A stretch of DNA of 25,478 nucleotides from positions 1-25,478 of IMG/VR virus record IMGVR_UViG_3300033512_000114. One strand, 5' to 3'. Shown here piece after piece: positions 10,106 through 18,514 of the stretch. How positions within the stretch are numbered: position 1 is the first letter of the stretch; each line of letters begins with the position of its first letter. Below the pieces are notes generated by a model. It saw only the letters and a list, made by a program, of their open reading frames with translations, did no database searches and was not told the DNA's origin. Both the position numbers and the translations under genes were made by a program. Origin of the DNA: a virus (taxonomy: Duplodnaviria > Caudoviricetes).

Positions 10106-12334
10106 TTATTTGTTTTTATTTATTAAATAAATAGGATTAAATATAGAATTATCTAATTCCTTTTTTCTATCAGTATTATTTAATTTAGCATACTCGTTCT
10201 TCTTTTTAATATCCTCAATCAAAAACATCAATACTAACATTGTACTTACAGCATCAAAATTACCTAATAAGTGCCATTTTTGCAACTCATATAATAATCT
10301 ACTATCTATGATAAGACTTAAATTAAATATTTGATTATTGTCAGTTGAAACACCTCTCACTTGATATAACCAATCATATAAATATTTAACTGCTGCAAGT
10401 TTTCTATTAGGTGATAAATTAAAACCATAACTTAATACTTTATTTGTTTCACTTGTTTTGTTACTATCAACATTAGTATCATACGCCAACCAACTTAAAA
10501 ACTTATTCTTTTTAGCATAATTCAATACTTCTGAACCACGATTACTTTCAAACCATATTTGCCTATCAGTACAACCATAATACTTTGCTAACATAAATAC
10601 TTGTTTATTATGTTCATCAATATTATGTGGTCTTCCCATATACTTAGCAACTATCCTATCACCAAAACCACTTGTGAAATTATTAGTACTTTCATATATG
10701 TAACTACAACCTAAACTATGTTTTGTTGTAATAGTTCCTTTTTCTTTACTTACTGCATAAGGGTCATGTATAAGATAGTATAATTTATTAGGTATATTAC
10801 CACTCCTATCTTTAAAAGGATAATACCATATTGTTACACAACCTTCTACATCTTCTCCACTATGTCTTACTCCACTTAATATTGGTGGGTGTTGCCATTC
10901 TTTTTTTAATTCATTATTTGGTTTAAATGATACTACTCCATCTTTGCCTGCAATAAATAAACCATTTATCCCAAAATTAAATTCAGGGTCATGTTCTACT
11001 TTTGCTACTTGTTCAATTAATTGTGGACTATTAAATATATTATCATTTGAACCATCAAAACTTTCTTTAGGTGTTATTGGTTGTTCTGCAATATTCTTTT
11101 TATATAAATCTTCTTTACCTGCTTTTTTCCACTTTTCACGTTCACCATTTATATATGCTATTGATTTAACTATATCACTGTTTCCATCTTTATCATAATA
11201 TGGTTTTAAGTTATATTGTCTTCCATGAAAAAACCCTGATGCTGTATGACCCATTCCTTCATCCCATACATTTTTAAATGGTAAACAATCATAATCTAAT
11301 GGATTATAGAATATCTCTTCAAAATCTTCCCAATCACCTGTTGTCCCACCACCTGTTCCAAATATTATCATTATACCTGTAACAATATTCCCTTCTCTCA
11401 AACCTTTATTTGTCATTATGACGGATTCTTTTAGATTAGGGAATTTACCTGCTTCCTCAAGCATTACTAAAAAACCTTTTTTACCACGAGCTGCTCCCGG
11501 ATTCTTTGCAAATACAACAGGTATTATTATAGATTTGAAACCGTCTTTTATTTTACTATTTGCATAAACATAACCACTTTTAATTTCTTTCACAGAACCA
11601 ACTCCTGTTCCCATAATTGATTTACGCCAATCAGTAAAAGCGTTTATATGATTAATCTTATTTTTAGCCATCTCAAATGTAGCTTCTCCGCCAACTAAAT
11701 AGTCTTCTGAATATGCACCTATTATAGTTGTACTTTTTGGAATTAAATCATACATATCAACTGCAATACTACTATTCTTATAAGAGTATCCAACTTGTCG
11801 TGTTTTATCAACAACTAAATTTAAACCTAATGTTTTAGCAAGGTCTACTGCTTTAAAATAATGATAATCACCATCCCAAAAATCAGGTGTTGAAGATTTA
11901 GATGCACCTACCTGTTTTGCAAATGTTGGCTTATTCTTTAAGACAAATTCTTTTTTACCATTATTTACAGTATCATCATGTAATATAGTTGTATAATTTA
12001 AATAAGAATAATGATGACCTGTAATATGTATTTTTTGAATTGTACCATCTGATAACAATCTTCCCGGAATTATAATACCATTACGTCTATTATTCTCTTC
12101 TATATCCCAAAACTTCTTATACTCATCATATTTACTGCTATCTTTGAACCTACTATAATAATGTTTATCATTATCATCTTTTGGAGTTGGTGGTGGATAA
12201 GGGTATCTTCCATGTTTTCTGAAATACTTACCTACATTAGTTGCTAATTCACTATTGTAAAACCTTATATCTTCATTAATATAAGCACCGTAATTACCAA
12301 CTTCTTTATCAAATATTGGAGTTTCGCAAAGCAT
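10106..12334 (-). CDS. terL: Terminase large subunit
   Basis: 742 aa with Walker A (KTRQVGYS), Walker B (LVMLEEAG), a coupling motif (FGTGG) and RNase H-like nuclease residues (IHDPY, FESN, NFDAVS). Confidence 0.92.
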   Translation of the reverse strand: MLCETPIFDKEVGNYGAYINEDIRFYNSELATNVGKYFRKHGRYPYPPPTPKDDNDKHYYSRFKDSSKYDEYKKFWDIEENNRRNGIIIPGRLLSDGTIQKIHITGHHYSYLNYTTILHDDTVNNGKKEFVLKNKPTFAKQVGASKSSTPDFWDGDYHYFKAVDLAKTLGLNLVVDKTRQVGYSYKNSSIAVDMYDLIPKSTTIIGAYSEDYLVGGEATFEMAKNKINHINAFTDWRKSIMGTGVGSVKEIKSGYVYANSKIKDGFKSIIIPVVFAKNPGAARGKKGFLVMLEEAGKFPNLKESVIMTNKGLREGNIVTGIMIIFGTGGGTTGDWEDFEEIFYNPLDYDCLPFKNVWDEGMGHTASGFFHGRQYNLKPYYDKDGNSDIVKSIAYINGEREKWKKAGKEDLYKKNIAEQPITPKESFDGSNDNIFNSPQLIEQVAKVEHDPEFNFGINGLFIAGKDGVVSFKPNNELKKEWQHPPILSGVRHSGEDVEGCVTIWYYPFKDRSGNIPNKLYYLIHDPYAVSKEKGTITTKHSLGCSYIYESTNNFTSGFGDRIVAKYMGRPHNIDEHNKQVFMLAKYYGCTDRQIWFESNRGSEVLNYAKKNKFLSWLAYDTNVDSNKTSETNKVLSYGFNLSPNRKLAAVKYLYDWLYQVRGVSTDNNQIFNLSLIIDSRLLYELQKWHLLGNFDAVSTMLVLMFLIEDIKKKNEYAKLNNTDRKKELDNSIFNPIYLINKNK

Positions 12335-12433
12335 AATTTTTTGTTATTTTTTTTGAAAATATTTGTGTTATAAAATACAACTAATTAATAATCAATTAAT
12401 TACAAATAAGTAATTTTTAATCTTTGTTTAAAA

Positions 12434-12444
12434 TCCCCTGTAAT
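12434..12444. repeat. Left arm of an 11-bp inverted repeat pair (TCCCCTGTAAT)
   Basis: Exact reverse complement of 14202-14212; both copies are intergenic. Confidence 0.5.
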
Positions 12445-12586
12445 GAATTGAGAGTTAATAAATTACATATTGTATTTTAAATGTTTTACAATTTAATAAA
12501 AATAGTAATCTAATATATTTATACGTACAATAAAATTAAAAGTAGTTAATATAAATCTAAATGTTAAAAAATAAAATAACAACTGA

Positions 12587-12745
12587 TTATAAACTACTAT
12601 CTTTATTATCTCTTTTCTTATTTCTTATGTAAGATACACTTTTAACTATGAAAATACCTAATGTTAAGAAACTAAATGCTAACCAAACTATTACTCCTGT
12701 ATCTGATACAGTTTCTATAAATATTTGTGCAAATTCATCTGACAT
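12587..12745 (-). CDS. Small single-pass membrane protein (52 aa)
   Basis: Below the ORF-track cut-off. Manual translation MSDEFAQIFIETVSDTGVIVWLAFSFLTLGIFIVKSVSYIRNKKRDNKDSSL shows one hydrophobic helix then a basic tail. It starts 10 nt after the upstream stop. Confidence 0.65.
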   Translation of the reverse strand: MSDEFAQIFIETVSDTGVIVWLAFSFLTLGIFIVKSVSYIRNKKRDNKDSSL

Positions 12746-12755
12746 ATTTTTTCTT

Positions 12756-12947
12756 TTAAAGTGATTTAAATAACTTAGCTCTTACAGCACAATCCTTTGC
12801 TTCTAATAACTTCCTTATAGCAGTTGTAGTCTCAGGATTATTTGGCAATTCATTAACTAATTTTTCTGCTAATTCACAAAACGGTTTACTAATCTCCTGT
12901 AAATGCACAGGTAAATGTTCATACTTAAAAAATTGTAATAAATACAT
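12756..12947 (-). CDS. Small helical-hairpin protein, possibly Acb2/Tad1-like nucleotide sponge
   Basis: 63 aa, FFKYEHLP...ELP..PE...AIRKLLEAKDCAVRA. Resembles from memory the F.Y...P..RE...A..KL.EA...A..A pattern of Acb2/Tad1-like hairpins; not verified. Confidence 0.5.
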   Translation of the reverse strand: MYLLQFFKYEHLPVHLQEISKPFCELAEKLVNELPNNPETTTAIRKLLEAKDCAVRAKLFKSL

Positions 12948-12991
12948 ATCTTTCTTTTAAATTAATTTAATTTAATTATTATTATTAAAAA

Positions 12992-13231
12992 TTACCACTT
13001 GTTTAATGGACACTTACTATTACTTCTTAATTTCAAACTTAAAGAACAACCACAATTATTACAACGCTTTCCTTCTATTTCAGAAAATTCATTATCTGTA
13101 ATATGTTTAAATATATTACTTGGTAATGCTTCTGAACAAGTTTTACAAATATTATACTTTTTAAATTGTTCTTCTGTGGTAGTACCTTTTAAATAATTAC
13201 TACCGCCTATTATTATTTGTTTTAATTCCAC
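12992..13231 (-). CDS. Small Cys-rich (Zn-binding) protein
   Basis: 79 aa with CxxC ... CxxCGC ... CPLNKW. Confidence 0.7.
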   Translation of the reverse strand: MELKQIIIGGSNYLKGTTTEEQFKKYNICKTCSEALPSNIFKHITDNEFSEIEGKRCNNCGCSLSLKLRSNSKCPLNKW

Positions 13232-13232
13232 T

Positions 13233-14165
13233 TTATTTGTATTTAATTATTAATTTTATTTCTCCTTTTAAATACTTTATTTCGTAAAATTTAATTTCAC
13301 TTCTAATATGGCACAATGTTAAACCTACACATTTAAATCCATATAACTCCATCAAATAAGCATATAAACTTAATTGTAATGTATATTTAGAACCTTTTGA
13401 TTTAGATAAGTGATTTATTGGAAACCTTAAACAATCATTAGTTTTAATCCAAGTATTTGTTTTAATTCCATTTTTCTTTTTATAATAACCACTTTCAAAA
13501 TGTAATTCATCTTTATTAGTTTTCCAATCTAATATTTCAAATTCCTTAGTATTATTATTTATCAATACTAAATCTATTCTACCTGATATTAAAGTAGTAG
13601 TATCATATACACCAACTTCTGCATATAAAGAAAATCCATCATTTATCTTATTACATAAATACTCAAATATTGGTTTATAATTATGATATATTACTGTATT
13701 CTTTAAATCATCAATAGTTAGTAATTGATTAGTGTTATCATTAAGGACATCTGTTACAGTTCTTATTTGTTTATTATCACTTGTATTTGAATACTTAGTA
13801 ATTAAGTGGATACTATCCTCTAATTGATTATGGATTAAATTACCTTTATCACATGCTATAATAGTAGTATCCTTCCAATTAGTTAATATTTTTTCTTTAG
13901 CTTGATTTAATACTTCAGGTTTAATTCCTTTTAGACATATACTTATTAATTTTTCATAACCTAACTCTTTCTTTTGATTATTCCAAATTTCATAATTATA
14001 TCTATTAGTAAAAATATATTCTACTGCTTTAGCATTAGCCCAAAATTCTTTATCAAACTCAAAATCAAATCTCTCTATTAATTGAGTACAAGATATATAA
14101 ACATTACCATTTACATCATAGTATTTATGTGTTGGTTCATCAAAATATAAATTAGTATGTATCAT
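13233..14165 (-). CDS. PD-(D/E)XK nuclease (RecB/Cas4-like fold)
   Basis: Motifs FDEPTHKY, ISCTQLI, GNLIH, ISGRIDL, ILDWKTN and YTLQLSLY. Confidence 0.85.
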   Translation of the reverse strand: MIHTNLYFDEPTHKYYDVNGNVYISCTQLIERFDFEFDKEFWANAKAVEYIFTNRYNYEIWNNQKKELGYEKLISICLKGIKPEVLNQAKEKILTNWKDTTIIACDKGNLIHNQLEDSIHLITKYSNTSDNKQIRTVTDVLNDNTNQLLTIDDLKNTVIYHNYKPIFEYLCNKINDGFSLYAEVGVYDTTTLISGRIDLVLINNNTKEFEILDWKTNKDELHFESGYYKKKNGIKTNTWIKTNDCLRFPINHLSKSKGSKYTLQLSLYAYLMELYGFKCVGLTLCHIRSEIKFYEIKYLKGEIKLIIKYK

Positions 14166-14201
14166 CTTTTATTTAATTACCATTATTCAAAAACCTATTT
14201 T

Positions 14202-14212
14202 ATTACAGGGGA
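14202..14212. repeat. Right arm of an 11-bp inverted repeat pair (ATTACAGGGGA)
   Basis: Exact reverse complement of 12434-12444. Confidence 0.5.
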
Positions 14213-14222
14213 ATTATTAAAA

Positions 14223-14801
14223 TTACTTAAATCTAACTTCAGTAATTTCTAATGCTTTGTTTAAATCATAAGTATTTTCTCTATCTTCCCTAAATGCTTT
14301 AACCTTTTTACCTAATAATTCAACATCTTCTCTTATATCACTAAGTACTCTATTTTCAAGTTGTTTTAATGTTTCAATCCAATTAGGTGCATCTTTTATA
14401 AAACTACTTAAATTCTTTTGATTATCCATTATAACTTTTATGAACCCTTGTAGTGATTCTATATCTTCTACTGTTATTTCATTATCTATTAAATTATCAG
14501 CTTCAACTAATAACTTATTATTCATTTTATTTACAATTGTAGTAGTATGTTCTGCATCTTCTATTGCATGTATTAAACTTCTAATATGTCTTATTGAAAT
14601 ACTTTCTTTTATAGTAACAAAATCATAACCATCAAAAATATATAAATCTTTAAATTTATGTTTTGCTTCTAATCTTTTATCACCTACTTGTTTTACATTA
14701 GTAATTGTTTCTATTGTATCAGTATTATTATTAGGTGTTATCTGTTTTTCCTTTAAAGTATTTTGCTGCTTTTTCTTTTGTGTGCTTATATCTATTGGCA
14801 T
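14223..14801 (-). CDS. Hypothetical helical protein (possible packaging accessory)
   Basis: 192 aa, charged and helical, in the operon upstream of TerL; no diagnostic motif. Confidence 0.55.
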   Translation of the reverse strand: MPIDISTQKKKQQNTLKEKQITPNNNTDTIETITNVKQVGDKRLEAKHKFKDLYIFDGYDFVTIKESISIRHIRSLIHAIEDAEHTTTIVNKMNNKLLVEADNLIDNEITVEDIESLQGFIKVIMDNQKNLSSFIKDAPNWIETLKQLENRVLSDIREDVELLGKKVKAFREDRENTYDLNKALEITEVRFK

Positions 14802-15294
14802 TTTGTCTATCCTCCGCTAATTTAAATCGTTCAATACTATTTAACCCACGCATTCTTTGTCGTTGCTTTTTTTCGTATTCTTTTATTACAATTATATTAT
14901 CAACATATTCTCGTATCTTTTTATCACGTTCTTCTCTATTAAGCAATCCAAGTTTATATTGTTGATTTATTTCTTCTTCAAATAACTCTCTGTATTGTTT
15001 TATTAAGAATTTTCCAAAATAAGGAACTTTAATAACACCTGTTTTATCTGAAATCCAATTTACTATTGATTTTTGACTAATTTTTACAATGTAATCAATT
15101 AACTCTTCTGTAACAACAACATCTGCTAAACGAGCTTCTCTTGCTATTAATTTATTTAAACATAAATCTCTATATACTCTGTCATGTACTCCATCATCGT
15201 ATGTATGTGAATAAGAATAATCTTTTTCATTAGAGTTTTGTTTAGTAAAATCTATATCATCAAGTATATTAGTTGGAACTACATTTTCCTTCAT
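14731..15294 (-). CDS. Putative HU/IHF-like DNA-binding protein
   Basis: A helical segment followed by GVIKVPYFGKFLIK, matching the HU/IHF V.I.GFG.F strand motif. IHF-like genes are known in crAss-like structural modules. Confidence 0.45.
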   Translation of the reverse strand: MKENVVPTNILDDIDFTKQNSNEKDYSYSHTYDDGVHDRVYRDLCLNKLIAREARLADVVVTEELIDYIVKISQKSIVNWISDKTGVIKVPYFGKFLIKQYRELFEEEINQQYKLGLLNREERDKKIREYVDNIIVIKEYEKKQRQRMRGLNSIERFKLAEDRQNANRYKHTKEKAAKYFKGKTDNT

Positions 15295-15706
15295 TTGCTG
15301 TTTCTGTTATTGTATCGGGTTTATTTATATTTTGTTTTATTACTGCTATTATTGACATTGTACTTATTACTGCTACGTCATTATTTAATATATTACTTAG
15401 TAACATATCAATTATGCGTTCAGGTAATTCAGGTGTTATTCTAATTATATCACCAATATCAATTCCTTTTACATTGTCTCCAATATTTAATACTCGTAAT
15501 AAATGTATTTTACCTGCATCAGTTACTACTGAATGTTTTTCTCCATCTACTTTTTTAGTCCATTCAGTTGGTTTTATAATATGTATTCTATTAGTTTCAT
15601 TTGTTATTGTTGTAGTTTGTTCTTGTGTAAATAATAACTCTGCTAATACTTGATGACCAAGTACTGATATTCTTTGACCTACGTTTTTTAATTCTATTGA
15701 TTTCAT
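15269..15706 (-). CDS. Putative GroES-like co-chaperonin
   Basis: GHQVLAE...RVLNIGDNVKGIDIGDII...SIIAVI parallels GroES (DRVLV...VVAVG....VKVGD.V...DILAV). Confidence 0.55.
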   Translation of the reverse strand: MKSIELKNVGQRISVLGHQVLAELLFTQEQTTTITNETNRIHIIKPTEWTKKVDGEKHSVVTDAGKIHLLRVLNIGDNVKGIDIGDIIRITPELPERIIDMLLSNILNNDVAVISTMSIIAVIKQNINKPDTITETANEGKCSSN

Positions 15707-15892
15707 TTTTATATTTATTAAGTGTTTATTTAGTTTTAAAGTACAAATGTATTAATTATATACTACATAAAGAAATATTGTGCAGGTTTTATTTTTTTAT
15801 TTTTATTAACTAATACTATTTAAGTAGATTATAGTTTGTTTATGTATTTAAATTAATAGTATTTAAATGTATTGCTAATTGTTTATTCAATC

Positions 15893-16425
15893 GGAAATTG
15901 TGTTTATATAATAGGTGTTTTTATTTGATTTTAGAATGTGTTTATTTTTTATGTAGTTAGTATTAGTTTTATTTTTTTAGTTGAATTTTAAAGTGTTTTA
16001 TTGGTTTTTTTTTTAATAGTTTTTAGATATGTTTGTAATATACTTTTTTTATAATTTAAGAGAAAGATTATTAGAAGTTGAAGTAGGGTTTGATATAGGT
16101 GGAGGATTAGTATAAATTAATTGTAAATTAACAGTTTGAATTTGGTATGTAGGTAGTTAAGGAGTAGGAGTTAATAAATGGAAGGTTTATGAGTAATATT
16201 TAGTAGTAGTGTTTAAGAGTAGTGTTTAAGAGTTTGGGATAAGTGTTAGGTAATAGATGTAGATGTAGTTGATGTTGGGTATAATGATGTAAGGTGTTAA
16301 TTTATATAATGTTGTTAGGGTAATTTTTAAATTTATTTTTTTAGTTTTTAAAGTATTTGGTTAGGTGGTAAATTAGGTGGTAAATTTTGGGGATAAAATT
16401 TTATAATAGAATAAAAGTATGTTTA
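15893..16425. other. C-less, G/T-rich non-coding tract
   Basis: Only 2 C (16043, 16132) in 533 nt on the plus strand. Contains short duplications AGTAGTGTTTAAG x2 (16205-16230) and TTAGGTGGTAAA x2 (16361-16384). Confidence 0.9.
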
Positions 16426-16569
16426 CTAAATGAAGACCCTATATAGAACCCCCTACTGAACTTTGACAGATAACCACTCTCGTATTGTTTTTTCTTTAAG
16501 AGAATTAGCAATAGAAGTTCTTATCAAATTTTAATTTAAATATATTATTAATCGTACATCAGTGATTAC

Positions 16570-16645
16570 TAATAATTGTTATAATAGAGTTGTAGATTGC
16601 ACTTGTTACTCGTGTTGTGCATGTAGAAGATTATAATAATTATTA
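16570..16645 (+). promoter_or_regulatory. Long hairpin in the leader of ORF 16680
   Basis: 16570-16585 pairs with 16630-16645 (16 bp, one G-U). Inner pair TGCAC (16598-16602) / GTGCA (16617-16621). Confidence 0.55.
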
Positions 16646-16679
16646 CTATGAGGTTTTGTACTTAAAAAACTAAAATATC

Positions 16680-17375
16680 ATGGTAAATTTCAATTTAATT
16701 CCCGTAAATCCAACACGTAAAGATTATGAATTTGTAATATGCAACGTTGGTTTATCAAAAGATTTAGGAACAGTATTATCATTCACAGCAGAAGACGATG
16801 CAACTATCAAAGAAGTATATGATAGAGTTACTGCATATCAAGTTGCAAATGGTAAAAATAGTTCCGCAATGTTTGGTTACAATCCTGCCGAAAACTATTT
16901 AACAGGTGAAAAGACCAAAAAAGGTTTTCCAATCAGAGGTATTCGTGCTGTTATCAAAATGTCATTAAAAGAAGCACACATGGTTGGTATGTTTCGTTCA
17001 ATATTTGTTTCAGGAGAAGTTGACCAATTAACATTATTAGGTAAATTTGCAATCGTATCAATTTCCGATAACGAAGCAGGTGCAGATTACCAAGATGTAC
17101 GTGGTCAAATACATCAATTTACTGAAACATACCAATCAGTAAGTATAGACCTATTGGTTACAGACGAAGAGCGAATTGCGTTTTCGGATAAAATGCGAAT
17201 TGAAAATAAACAAATCGCAATAGCTGCAGGACAAGGATTTGGAGCAGGTAAACCAAAAGCAATTACTAAAACTATTGTTACAATACCCGATGCAATTCCA
17301 CAAAACGAAGTTAAATTTGATGAAAATGGAAACGTTGTAGCAGATGTAAATGGTAATCCAATTGTAAACATTTAA
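16680..17375 (+). CDS. Hypothetical protein, first gene of the plus-strand arm
   Basis: 231 aa, frequent CGT/GGT/AAC/ATC codons suggesting high expression, followed by a terminator. Confidence 0.8.
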   Translation: MVNFNLIPVNPTRKDYEFVICNVGLSKDLGTVLSFTAEDDATIKEVYDRVTAYQVANGKNSSAMFGYNPAENYLTGEKTKKGFPIRGIRAVIKMSLKEAHMVGMFRSIFVSGEVDQLTLLGKFAIVSISDNEAGADYQDVRGQIHQFTETYQSVSIDLLVTDEERIAFSDKMRIENKQIAIAAGQGFGAGKPKAITKTIVTIPDAIPQNEVKFDENGNVVADVNGNPIVNI

Positions 17376-17376
17376 T

Positions 17377-17447
17377 TGTAAAGATTGATTGTAGTAATAG
17401 TATATCAGAAATGATGTATTATTACTTATAGCAATCATTTTTTTTTT
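17377..17447 (+). terminator. GAAA-tetraloop hairpin terminator, repeat copy 1
   Basis: AGTAATA-G-TATATCA [GAAA] TGATGTA-T-TATTACT, outer pair GATTG/CAATC, then T10 at 17438-17447. Confidence 0.8.
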
Positions 17448-17477
17448 AGTATTTTTAATAAACATTAAATAAATAAT

Positions 17478-17828
17478 ATGAAAGCAACAATAACATTTAT
17501 AGTATTGATAATAGTATTAGGTGGACATTTAAAAGCACAAAAGTATCAATACATTTTAGGAATAGGTATTCAATTATATGCTACCGAAAAAAAAGAAATA
17601 AAATTTAAAGATAGTACTCAAGTTAAAATTAAATTTGATGACAATGTAGTATATACTATAACACTAAAAGATAAAGTATTAATAGAAGGACTTGGTAAAG
17701 TAGTAATTTGCGAAATGGACCAAATTAGAGTAGTTTACTTTGGAGAAACTAAGGTATCAATTGTATTAAATAAACAAAAACGTAAATATGTAACAGAGAT
17801 AGTATTTACTAATCCAAAGTATATGTAA
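17478..17828 (+). CDS. Putative secreted/periplasmic protein
   Basis: 116 aa. N-terminus MKATITFIVLIIVLGGHLKA|Q looks like a signal peptidase I substrate with +1 Gln. Confidence 0.7.
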   Translation: MKATITFIVLIIVLGGHLKAQKYQYILGIGIQLYATEKKEIKFKDSTQVKIKFDDNVVYTITLKDKVLIEGLGKVVICEMDQIRVVYFGETKVSIVLNKQKRKYVTEIVFTNPKYM

Positions 17829-17875
17829 AGATTAATTGTAGTAATAGTATATTAGAAATGATATAATATTACTAC
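17824..17875 (+). repeat. GAAA-tetraloop hairpin, repeat copy 2
   Basis: 17824-17873 matches 17377-17426 at 46/50 nt. Stem GTAGTAATA-G-TATATTA [GAAA] TGATATA-A-TATTACTAC. Confidence 0.85.
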
Positions 17876-17902
17876 CTTCTTTATATTAAATTTGAACGGC
17901 TT

Positions 17903-17967
17903 TATTTAACGTAGGTATTTAACGTAGGTATTTAACGTAGGTATTTAACGTAGGTATTTAACGTAGG
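17903..17967. repeat. Tandem array (TATTTAACGTAGG) x5
   Basis: Five exact 13-bp copies starting at 17903, 17916, 17929, 17942 and 17955. Confidence 0.97.
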
Positions 17968-18032
17968 TAAAGTCAGATAGTAAAGTCAGATAGTAAAGTC
18001 AGATAGTAAAGTCAGATAGTAAAGTTAGATAG
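17968..18032. repeat. Tandem array (TAAAGTCAGATAG) x5
   Basis: Four exact 13-bp copies plus one with C>T, starting at 17968, 17981, 17994, 18007 and 18020. Abuts the previous array with no gap. Confidence 0.97.
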
Positions 18033-18123
18033 TAACCAATATAATTTAAAGTTGATTTGATTTATAAAACTATAATTAAGCCACAACTTAATTCTTTTAA
18101 TGTATAATTAACAATAAACAATA

Positions 18124-18510
18124 ATGAAAGAAAAAGAAATTAAAAAATCATCTGTTGAAATTGAATTTGCAGTATTAGGTTATTATAGTAATGACATAAT
18201 TCCTGTTAAAACAGTATGGGTAGAATTAATGCGTAATGTAGAAATTGATACCTGTAGAGAAGTAACTGTTGAAAGGTTATTTAGTTTTACAGAAGAAGAT
18301 AACATAACAATACAAACGGCAAATTCGTTAAGTGAGAAGAAAGAAATAAAATTATGGGAACTTAGTAATGTAGAAGAATTAGCAAAAGTATTTAATGTGC
18401 ATTGGTCTAAAGTTTTCCATAGTTATGAAGGAGTAATTAAAATAAGAACTAAATCAAAGCTAAGTATAAAAGAATTATTTGGAGTTGATTATGTTATAGT
18501 AACTGATTAA
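18124..18510 (+). CDS. Hypothetical protein
   Basis: 128 aa ORF with an A-rich leader, co-oriented with its neighbours. Confidence 0.7.
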   Translation: MKEKEIKKSSVEIEFAVLGYYSNDIIPVKTVWVELMRNVEIDTCREVTVERLFSFTEEDNITIQTANSLSEKKEIKLWELSNVEELAKVFNVHWSKVFHSYEGVIKIRTKSKLSIKELFGVDYVIVTD

Positions 18511-18514
18511 GGAT

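Noticed and set aside
7621-12334. Introns or inteins in terL or portal
   Set aside because: Both are continuous ORFs of plausible size with no intein or homing endonuclease motifs seen.
13233-14165. Nuclease as Cas4 or as part of a CRISPR/casposon system
   Set aside because: No clear Cas4 four-Cys cluster, cas1 or array; such nucleases are ordinary near crAss-like terminase genes.
17887-17894. TAAATTTG as a Bacteroidota -7 promoter element before the arrays
   Set aside because: No matching -33 TTTG upstream, and the motif is common by chance in AT-rich DNA.
17903-18032. CRISPR mini-array
   Set aside because: Units are 13 bp and contiguous with no unique spacers; no cas operon in the window.
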